Shown: piece after piece, positions 36,265 to 43,226 of the stretch
Layout of the letters: every line of letters starts with the position of its first letter
Numbering within the stretch: position 1 is the stretch's first letter
Origin: Candidatus Babeliales bacterium
Lineage (GTDB): Bacteria > Babelota > Babeliae > Babelales > JANWKD01
DNA: 64,000 nt
Reading direction: 5' to 3'
NCBI GenBank assembly: GCA_963722075.1
Contig: CAVRJM010000001.1
Span: 1,210,864 to 1,274,863, forward strand
Translations under genes and position numbers: made by a program
The notes under the pieces: generated by a model
Seen by the model: only the letters and a program-made list of their open reading frames with translations
The model's database searches: none
Told to the model about the DNA's origin: nothing

Positions 36265-37162
36265 AAATTGGTATTATTGGGCTGGGTAAAATGGGCAATG
36301 TGCTGGTGTATCGCTTAAAAAAAGCACACTTTGAAGTGGTGGGATTTGACCCTCAATTAAAAGCCCGTACTGCTATTAATAAATATGGTGCAAGCACTGT
36401 TTCTTCGATCGAAATGATTTCTGCGCATGCGCGCATTATATGGTTGATGGTGCCAGCTGGGGCCGCGGTTGATGCTGTTTTAAAAGAATTAGAGCCGCAT
36501 TTAAAAAAGGGCGATATTATTATCGATGGTGGTAATAGTTACTTTAAAGATTCAATAAAACATGCGCAGCAATTAAAAAAAAGGGAATTCATTTTATTGA
36601 TTGCGGCACTTCTGGTGGTCTTGCAGGTAAGAAAAAGGGTTTTTCCTTAATGATAGGAGGAGATGAAAAAATTTTTAATTATCTAGAGCCACTCTTTAAA
36701 GCATTAGCTGCTCCTAAGGGATATGGGTATATGGGCGATTCAGGTGCAGGGCATTACGTTAAAATGGTACATAATGGTATTGAGTATGCATTATTACAAG
36801 CATACGCAGAAGGATTTCATTTATTAAAAAATGGTTCTTATAAGGATTTAGATTTAGAAAAAATAACCGGCGTATGGGACCATGGTTCCATTATTCGTTC
36901 GTGGATTTTGCATTTGGCTCATGATATTTTTAAAAAAGATCAGCAATTGAAAGATGTGGTAGGCATAATACAGGAGAGTGGTATGGGGCAGTGGACGGTG
37001 GATGAAGCGCATGAAAAAAAGATTCCCGTAAAGCTAATCGAAGATGCTTTAACAATTCGTGCATGGTCACGTGAAACTGGTGGTGATTATGCTACTAAAG
37101 TGGTTGCCTTACTGCGGCATGCTTTTGGCGGACATGCAATAACAAAAAGGAAAAAGAAATGA
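36261..37162 (+). CDS. gnd: 6-phosphogluconate dehydrogenase (short YqeC/Gnd-like), reading frame interrupted at an A8 run
   Basis: The track splits it into 36252..36650 and 36650..37162. The N-part reads MKIGIIGLGKMG...IIDGGNSYFKDS and the C-part reads MIGGDEK...GAGHYVKMVHNGIEYALLQAYAEG. Reading one extra A at 36575-36582 gives LKKKGIHFIDCGTSGGLAGKKKGFSLMIGGDE. Confidence 0.8.
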
Positions 37163-37788
37163 AAATTATAGATATTAGTTGGCCGCTTTCAGAAAACATG
37201 ACGCAATATAAAGATGTAGATTTATTTTCAGCTACTCATATTACAAAGCCGACTAGTGGTGCGATGGAAACGCACGTTTCTCTTTCCTCTCATACCGGTA
37301 CGCATGTTGATGCGCCAGCGCATTTTATAGCAGATGGTAAAACAATTGATCAAATTCCCTTGCAACAATTATTAGGTGAATGCCGGGTGCTTGATTTAAC
37401 GCATGTAACAGAAAAAATTACCCATAATGATCTTGCTGCTCATGCAATAAATGAACATGAAATCATACTTATTAAAACCACTAATAGTTTCATTAGCTCT
37501 GTTGATCGTTTTAATCCGGCATTTGTATATGTAACAGCAGACGCAGCCCATTTTTTGGTAGCAAAGAAAATTAAAGCACTGGGCTTTGATTATTTAGGTA
37601 TTGAACGCAATCAGCCCGATCACCCGAGCCATAAAGCACTAATGATGGCCAATATTCCTATTGTTGAAGGGTTGCGGTTAGTGGATGTGAATGCTGGGAT
37701 CTATTTTTTTTGCTGTATGCCGTTATTATTACCCGGTGCCGATGCAGCACCTGCACGTGCTATTTTAATTGAAGATATCATTAAGTAG
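37159..37788 (+). CDS. cyclase-family metal-dependent hydrolase (kynurenine formamidase-like fold)
   Basis: SSHTGTHVDAPAHF is the family motif. The ATGA start overlaps the gnd stop. Confidence 0.75.
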   Translation: MKIIDISWPLSENMTQYKDVDLFSATHITKPTSGAMETHVSLSSHTGTHVDAPAHFIADGKTIDQIPLQQLLGECRVLDLTHVTEKITHNDLAAHAINEHEIILIKTTNSFISSVDRFNPAFVYVTADAAHFLVAKKIKALGFDYLGIERNQPDHPSHKALMMANIPIVEGLRLVDVNAGIYFFCCMPLLLPGADAAPARAILIEDIIK

Positions 37789-37795
37789 CATTAAT

Positions 37796-38974
37796 TTATT
37801 GTTGATTGGGCAAATGCAAGGTGGAGCAATACCCGCATTCTTTAAATACGGTTAGGAGTGGCTCAAAGGTCTTTCGTTTAGACGGAGTAAGCAAATATGG
37901 TTTATCATGGAACTCATTTATATCTTTTTGGAGATTTTGAATTGCCGAATGCTCATTTTGTTCTTCATCTTCGGGATCAATATTCTTGTATAATTTATTA
38001 GGATTAGCCTCATTTGATAATAAGAATTTAATAAATCCTAACCAGTTATTGCGCCTTGTTTTACAATTGTCAGTACAAAAATATTCAATAGCGGCCATTA
38101 GCAATGGTAATCTGCGGAATGTATATTTTTTTCTACACTGATAATAGATTCCAGGTCCAATAAATAAATTATTTGGATTTACGCCATATTGTAATAATTT
38201 CTGGACAAATAAATTCAATTCTTGAAATGTTTTATTCAAAGCTATTGTTTTACAGCACTTACATTCATAAAAATTAAAAACATTCCTTTTCTTGCAGTTA
38301 TCACAAAAAATGCCGACAGGATAGTTTGAATCCCAAAACAACGTATAGATGGTTTTTGGATCAATAGTGGCTTTTCTGTTCATTAAATCAGTACTAAGTT
38401 CAAAATCACCAATCAAAAGCGAGAAAAATAATATCGATTTTCCTTGAATTAAAAAATTACTTTGCATATTGTTCTTTAGAAGAATAGTAATTGCATCGAG
38501 CACCGGTAAAATATGCATCTGTGCACATTCTCGCTCATCTCTATTTTTAAGATTAGGAAACTTCTTTAAAGTTTCTACTATATAATTTGCATTAATACAA
38601 AAACTATTTTTTGTAGTGTCACTTTTTTTATTAAGTTGTTCCATAATTTCAGTCAATACACAATCAGAAGCGATATTCCATGGGAAGTTTTTGTGGATGA
38701 GCGGGTCTTGTGCTATCGAGTGATTATGATGTGAGCATAAACTGAAACTTAAAAGAGACTTATATGAATTAAGTGCACGTTCAAATTGCTTATAATTTTC
38801 AATGGTCGCGGGCATTCCGCAAACAAAGCCTGCTACATGATAGCTTAATTCATTAGGCAAGAAAGTGAAAAAATCAATTGCAATAGAAGTTTGATTAGTA
38901 TTACTTGCTTGCTCCATGAGTAAGCTTTTTGTGGGCAACATTAATACTATTAATAATATTATGCATTTTTTCAC
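37796..38974 (-). CDS. secreted protein with ankyrin-like segments and a Cys cluster; possible F-box-like N-terminal motif
   Basis: It has a signal-like N-terminus. LLQYGVNPNN and LLSNEANPNK look like ANK ends. The cluster CDNCKKRNVFNFYECKCCK is present. FLPNELSYHVAGFV weakly resembles an F-box LPxE core. Confidence 0.55.
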   Translation of the reverse strand: MKKCIILLIVLMLPTKSLLMEQASNTNQTSIAIDFFTFLPNELSYHVAGFVCGMPATIENYKQFERALNSYKSLLSFSLCSHHNHSIAQDPLIHKNFPWNIASDCVLTEIMEQLNKKSDTTKNSFCINANYIVETLKKFPNLKNRDERECAQMHILPVLDAITILLKNNMQSNFLIQGKSILFFSLLIGDFELSTDLMNRKATIDPKTIYTLFWDSNYPVGIFCDNCKKRNVFNFYECKCCKTIALNKTFQELNLFVQKLLQYGVNPNNLFIGPGIYYQCRKKYTFRRLPLLMAAIEYFCTDNCKTRRNNWLGFIKFLLSNEANPNKLYKNIDPEDEEQNEHSAIQNLQKDINEFHDKPYLLTPSKRKTFEPLLTVFKECGYCSTLHLPNQQ

Positions 38975-39103
38975 GTAAAATCCTTTATTAATGCTTTTAT
39001 TAAAAATATGATTGATAGTATTCTATCGAAAAGAAGTAATTATATCAAAATATTACAATATGGAAATTTCCATGAAGAAGGTATGAGTCCGAATCTAAAA
39101 GTT

Positions 39104-39155
39104 CCTTGTAAAATTAAAATCATAATTAAAATTTACAAGGAATTTTTGTTTTTTT
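39104..39155 (+). terminator. orphan hairpin plus T-tract (terminator-like) in a divergent intergenic region
   Basis: A 9-bp stem (CCTTGTAAA/TTTACAAGG) is followed by AATTTTTGTTTTTTT. No plus-strand gene lies upstream. Confidence 0.3.
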
Positions 39156-39168
39156 AAGTCAATAGGGC

Positions 39169-39208
39169 ATTATGATTATGGTCATAGATAATTGACCATA
39201 ATCATAAT
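39169..39208. promoter_or_regulatory. perfect 16-bp inverted repeat (candidate operator) upstream of the SOD gene
   Basis: ATTATGATTATGGTCA-tagataat-TGACCATAATCATAAT, ending 48 nt upstream of ATG 39256. The spacer contains a -10-like GATAAT. Confidence 0.45.
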
Positions 39209-39255
39209 AAAATGGTATTTTTTTGTACGAAATTATAGTTATAAAGGAATAAACA

Positions 39256-39993
39256 ATGAAAAAAATTGCTATTATTATTGGCTGCATATTAGTAATTACC
39301 ATACAGGCGAGCTTTCTTTCTGAATCTTTGATAGGTAAAAAAGAAAAAAATGAACTACAAAAGCTTCCTCTGCCCCATTATGAATCAAAAAAGTTTGATT
39401 TACAGGCAACATTGAAGGGTTTTAGCAAAAAACAAATTGACGAGCATAAAGAGCTGTATCAGGGATATGTTAATAAAAGAAATGAAATAACAGAGCGCTT
39501 ACAAGATGCTGATCGCTCACCTGCCAATAAAAGTTATTCATCATTCAGAGCTCTTAAGACCGCTGAAACGTTTGCTATGAATGGTGACATTTTACATCGT
39601 TTATATTTTCAAAATATGGGATCAACGGGCAAGAAAATAGGCCCAAAAACAGAAGAATATATTATAAAAAATTTTGGTTCTGTAGGTGCCTTCAAAGAGG
39701 ATTTGTTTGCTACTGCTAAAGCAGCACGCGGCTGGGCGGTAACTGCCTTTACTCCCGATGATGGACGCATTAATAATTTTCTTTTTGATACGCATAATCA
39801 AAAAGTTCCTGCACTTGCTATACCTATTTTAGTTCTTGATGTGTATGAACATGCATATATGATCGATTTTGGCATTAAAGTAGTCTCTTATCTAGATGTT
39901 TTTTGGGATAATATTAATTGGGACGTTATAGAACAACGCATGAATTTCATCGATAAGTACCATAATGTATGGAGCGAATATTTTATTGATTAG
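39256..39993 (+). CDS. Fe/Mn-family superoxide dismutase with signal peptide
   Basis: The metal-ligand context is conserved: IDEHKELYQGYV, NGDILHRLYF and LDVYEHAYMIDFG (the DVWEHAYY equivalent). The N-terminus MKKIAIIIGCILVITIQA is Sec-like. Confidence 0.8.
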   Translation: MKKIAIIIGCILVITIQASFLSESLIGKKEKNELQKLPLPHYESKKFDLQATLKGFSKKQIDEHKELYQGYVNKRNEITERLQDADRSPANKSYSSFRALKTAETFAMNGDILHRLYFQNMGSTGKKIGPKTEEYIIKNFGSVGAFKEDLFATAKAARGWAVTAFTPDDGRINNFLFDTHNQKVPALAIPILVLDVYEHAYMIDFGIKVVSYLDVFWDNINWDVIEQRMNFIDKYHNVWSEYFID

Positions 39994-40576
39994 TACCTGA
40001 ATCGTCTTTACAGCAAATCTTTAATAGTTGATGAGCCCATAACATTCTTTGGTCTCTAAAACTTTCATGACAATTAGGGCAGTTGAATATACTTTCATGC
40101 TTATGGTTAAAAATATGTTCATCGAATAGGGTCTGTTTGTAAAATTGTTTGGCACAGTAATGACAGACCTGTAATTTTCTTGTGGGCATAGTTTTTGTAG
40201 GTTTTTTGTATTTTCTTTTTGGCTTTGTTTGTGAAGCTACTTTCTTATTGGACGTTTTATTAATAATTAGTTTATTAACTGTTAGAATATGAGTCTTTTT
40301 TAGAATTGTGTCATTGAAACAGTTTGTTGATTGAGGTGATGGAGTTATAGTTTGATTTGATTTATTTTGTAACGGTCCAGTTGCAATGGGACTCAACATA
40401 GAATCATTTTGAATTGAAACCGGAGTTTGTGAGGGTACTGTAAAATCACTTAGAAATGGTAATAATGTAGCATCTTCTACCTTTTCTGCATCAGGAAATT
40501 CGTAAATCCAGGTTAAATTATCCATTGCTTCAAGATAACCGATAAAAAAGATTAGTATAAAAAAATTTTTTTTCAT
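39983..40576 (-). CDS. secreted protein with two eukaryote-type C2H2-like zinc fingers and a basic NLS-like patch
   Basis: It has a signal-like N-terminus. The basic patch is KPKRKYKKPTKTMPTRK. Finger 1 is C-x2-C-x12-H-x3-H (CHYCAKQFYKQTLFDEHIFNH). Finger 2 is CPNCHESFRDQRMLWAHQLLKIC. Confidence 0.7.
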   Translation of the reverse strand: MKKNFFILIFFIGYLEAMDNLTWIYEFPDAEKVEDATLLPFLSDFTVPSQTPVSIQNDSMLSPIATGPLQNKSNQTITPSPQSTNCFNDTILKKTHILTVNKLIINKTSNKKVASQTKPKRKYKKPTKTMPTRKLQVCHYCAKQFYKQTLFDEHIFNHKHESIFNCPNCHESFRDQRMLWAHQLLKICCKDDSGTNQ

Positions 40577-40715
40577 AATTACTTATTCCTTATTAAATTT
40601 AATTCTTAATAATGATACTGTTTTTTACAAAAAATTCCATTTGTTGTTTTTTATGAACGGTTTTTGCTAATATAATATATGTAAATTTATATTTGCAATT
40701 AAAGGAAAGAAGAAT

Positions 40716-41270
40716 ATGAAATTAATTAAGTATATTTTTTTTACATATATATTATTACTTAGCTTTTTTATTAAGGCATCAGAAGTCAATATTAATGGTT
40801 TAAAATCTAAAAATGCTAAAATTACCGAGAAAGTTGAATTAATTTCACGTAAAAATGTGACCGAAATATTGAAACTTGGATTTCCGAGATTTTATGAATT
40901 ATTAGGCAAAACGGGATATCTTCCAGCTTTAGAAGGTGCTAACGCTGTTACGATATTTGCCCCAACCGATGATGCGGTGAAAAAATTAAATGACATTTTT
41001 GGTGGAAAAGAGGCATTTAATAGGATTTTTGGTACTTCCGAAGGTATAGAAAAATTAAAAAAGATAGTGCGATTACATATTGCTCCTGATACTACGATGG
41101 CAGCAGATATTATGGAAATGAGTTCCATTCAGCCTTTTGGGGGTGGGAAATTGAATTTAAAAACCAAAAATGGTGTTATAACCATTAACGATAGCTCCGC
41201 AGTAATTCAAGCAGACATTTTAGGTAGTAATGGCGTAGTTCATGCAATTGATGCGGTAATTATGCCTTAA
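40716..41270 (+). CDS. fasciclin (FAS1) domain protein, secreted
   Basis: TIFAPTDDAVKKL, HIAPD and NGVVHAIDAVIMP are FAS1 hallmarks. It has a signal-like N-terminus. Confidence 0.8.
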   Translation: MKLIKYIFFTYILLLSFFIKASEVNINGLKSKNAKITEKVELISRKNVTEILKLGFPRFYELLGKTGYLPALEGANAVTIFAPTDDAVKKLNDIFGGKEAFNRIFGTSEGIEKLKKIVRLHIAPDTTMAADIMEMSSIQPFGGGKLNLKTKNGVITINDSSAVIQADILGSNGVVHAIDAVIMP

Positions 41271-42010
41271 AACCCAAAAAGACGAATAGTGCTTATAAAA
41301 TCATTATAATTTCCGGTGACGATCCATTGTACTTTTGAATCGGTAAGTGGATTGGCATGCAATTCAAATAATACGGTGCGTATGAGTAATTCAGGGGAGA
41401 CTAGGGAAATAGTGGCATGGTAATTGCTTACTATCAACTCTTTAATCAAAGCATAATGAGTACAACCAAGAAGTAACGTATCAATATTGGTATTAAGAAA
41501 TATCTTAAAATAAGATCGTAGTAAAGAAACGATTTTCTGTTGATTTGTATACTGCTTTTCTATAGCGCTTGCCAATTGAGGACATGCTTTATCCAAGATT
41601 GTTAAATTGGCATTATATTGTAACAACTTTTTCTTATGAAGTTGGGTAGCAATAGTTGCTTTTGTTCCTACAATACCAATGATGCCATTTTTAGTAGTAG
41701 TGAGCGCTTCTTGAATGATAAGTTCAACGATATCGATAAAATAGATAGTTGGAAATTGTTCTTTTAAGTAATTTAATGCATTAGTTGATGCAGTATGGCA
41801 GGCAATAATGATAATGGTACATCCTTGTTGTACTAAATGATTCACTGCAATATAGGTCAGATTTTGAATTTCTAGCGCACTTCGTTTACCGTAGGGCATA
41901 TGAAGGGTATCAGCAAAATAAATGAATTCAAAGCCTGGTAACGATATGATTTCCTTTAAAATTGATAAACCACCAATGCCTGAATCAAAAATGCCAATTT
42001 TTTTTAACAT
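41267..42010 (-). CDS. murI: glutamate racemase
   Basis: IGIFDSGIGGLSILKEI, IIIACHTAS and LLLGCTHY give both catalytic Cys contexts. Confidence 0.85.
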   Translation of the reverse strand: MLKKIGIFDSGIGGLSILKEIISLPGFEFIYFADTLHMPYGKRSALEIQNLTYIAVNHLVQQGCTIIIIACHTASTNALNYLKEQFPTIYFIDIVELIIQEALTTTKNGIIGIVGTKATIATQLHKKKLLQYNANLTILDKACPQLASAIEKQYTNQQKIVSLLRSYFKIFLNTNIDTLLLGCTHYALIKELIVSNYHATISLVSPELLIRTVLFELHANPLTDSKVQWIVTGNYNDFISTIRLFGF

Positions 42011-42058
42011 GACAACTTATTAAGTTTAATTCTTCTTTGACTCTTTATTTTTTATAAA

Positions 42059-42141
42059 TGGATCCAGCCTTCGTTAATCCAGCCGCCGCTAACGTATAGG
42101 ATATTATTAATTAATGGATCCCCACGCAAGCTCGGGATGAC
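42059..42141. repeat. GC-rich intergenic repeat (copy D, composite)
   Basis: TGGATCCAGCCTTCGTTAATCCAGCCGCCGCTAACGTATAGG resembles the left part of copy E. TGGATCCCCACGCAAGCTCGGGATGAC resembles the arms of copies A-C. Confidence 0.55.
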
Positions 42142-42216
42142 GATTGCCGGAATATTGACCATACCAAATGATAATGTCTAAAAACAAAGAAAGTCATTTT
42201 AAATGCATTTGCCTGG

Positions 42217-42741
42217 TTAATAAGAAAAGTCTGGGTAAAACACTTTTATTTCTTTTTTAGCATTTTCAATCGAATCAGAACCATGTATCGCATTGTGGGT
42301 GATATCAGTGCCAAAAAGTTTTCTAATGGTCCCTTCTTCTGCCTTAGCCGGATCAGTAGCTCCCATGAGCGTACGCCAATCTTTAATGGCATTTTCTTTT
42401 TGCAATACCATAATAACGCTTGGTCCTGAGGTAATGTAATTAATTAACTCCTTAAAGAAAGGGCGTTCTTTATGGATTGCGTAAAATTCTTCTGCTTGTT
42501 TTTTTGAAATTACCACTTTTTCTATTTTTAATAGTACAAAATCATGATGTTCAATACTATCAATAATTTTGCCGGTATTTTTTGCCGTTACGGCATCGGG
42601 TTTAATAATAGCAAATGTTTTTTCAAAGGGTTCACAACTTGTTTTAACGTCTAATAATTTTTTAAAATTACTCACATTTAACAGAATAAACAGCGCTAAT
42701 CCAGCAATAAAAACTGAAATTACCATCATTGTTTTATTCAT
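42217..42741 (-). CDS. nucleoside diphosphate kinase paralog with N-terminal signal/anchor
   Basis: The full NDK core is present (FAIIKPDAV...RTLMGATDP...NAIHGSDS). It is preceded by a 38-aa extension, MNKTMMVISVFIAGLALFILLNV... Confidence 0.8.
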   Translation of the reverse strand: MNKTMMVISVFIAGLALFILLNVSNFKKLLDVKTSCEPFEKTFAIIKPDAVTAKNTGKIIDSIEHHDFVLLKIEKVVISKKQAEEFYAIHKERPFFKELINYITSGPSVIMVLQKENAIKDWRTLMGATDPAKAEEGTIRKLFGTDITHNAIHGSDSIENAKKEIKVFYPDFSY

Positions 42742-42761
42742 AGTTATGCCCCGTTATAGAG

Positions 42762-42788
42762 AACGAGGCGGGATAAACCCGCCTCGTT
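42762..42788 (-). terminator. GC-rich hairpin between the two ndk genes (terminator/attenuator candidate)
   Basis: An 11-bp perfect stem (AACGAGGCGGG/CCCGCCTCGTT) with a 5-nt loop. The U-tract on the minus strand is weak. Confidence 0.4.
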
Positions 42789-42793
42789 TATTA

Positions 42794-43204
42794 TTACATT
42801 ACTGTTGGAAAAAATTGCTTAATTTCTATAAGTGCATTTTCTGAAGAATCAGATCCGTGCACCACATTAAAATCAATCGATTCACCAAAGAGCTTACGCA
42901 AAGTACCTGGTTCAGCTTTTAAGGGGTCAGTAGCTCCCATAAAATCACGCCATGCTTTAATAGCGTTATCCTTTTGCAATACCAAAATAATGGCAGGGCC
43001 CATGGTAACGTTAGAAACTAAGTTAGGAAAAAAAGGCTTTTCTTTATGAATTGCATAGAATTGCTCAGCTTGTTTTTTAGATAAATGGATCTTCTCCATT
43101 GCTAAAATTTCAAAGCCATTTTTTTCTATAAGATCAATAATAGCGCCTGTTTTTTTACCGGTAACGGCATGTGGCTTAATAATTGCTAAGGTTTTCTCTA
43201 TCAT
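42794..43204 (-). CDS. ndk: nucleoside diphosphate kinase (cytoplasmic)
   Basis: 136 aa. Motifs LAIIKPHAV, RDFMGATDP and NVVHGSDS. Confidence 0.9.
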   Translation of the reverse strand: MIEKTLAIIKPHAVTGKKTGAIIDLIEKNGFEILAMEKIHLSKKQAEQFYAIHKEKPFFPNLVSNVTMGPAIILVLQKDNAIKAWRDFMGATDPLKAEPGTLRKLFGESIDFNVVHGSDSSENALIEIKQFFPTVM

Positions 43205-43226
43205 GAAAAACTCCTGTTGTTATATA

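Noticed and set aside
36252-37162. Treating 36252..36650 and 36650..37162 as two separate genes. The same question applies to 61172..61453 and 59007..61160.
   Set aside because: Each pair is the N- and C-terminal part of one conserved enzyme (Gnd, ValRS). Each pair is joined by a single-base shift in an A8 run, and neither part is a plausible stand-alone protein.
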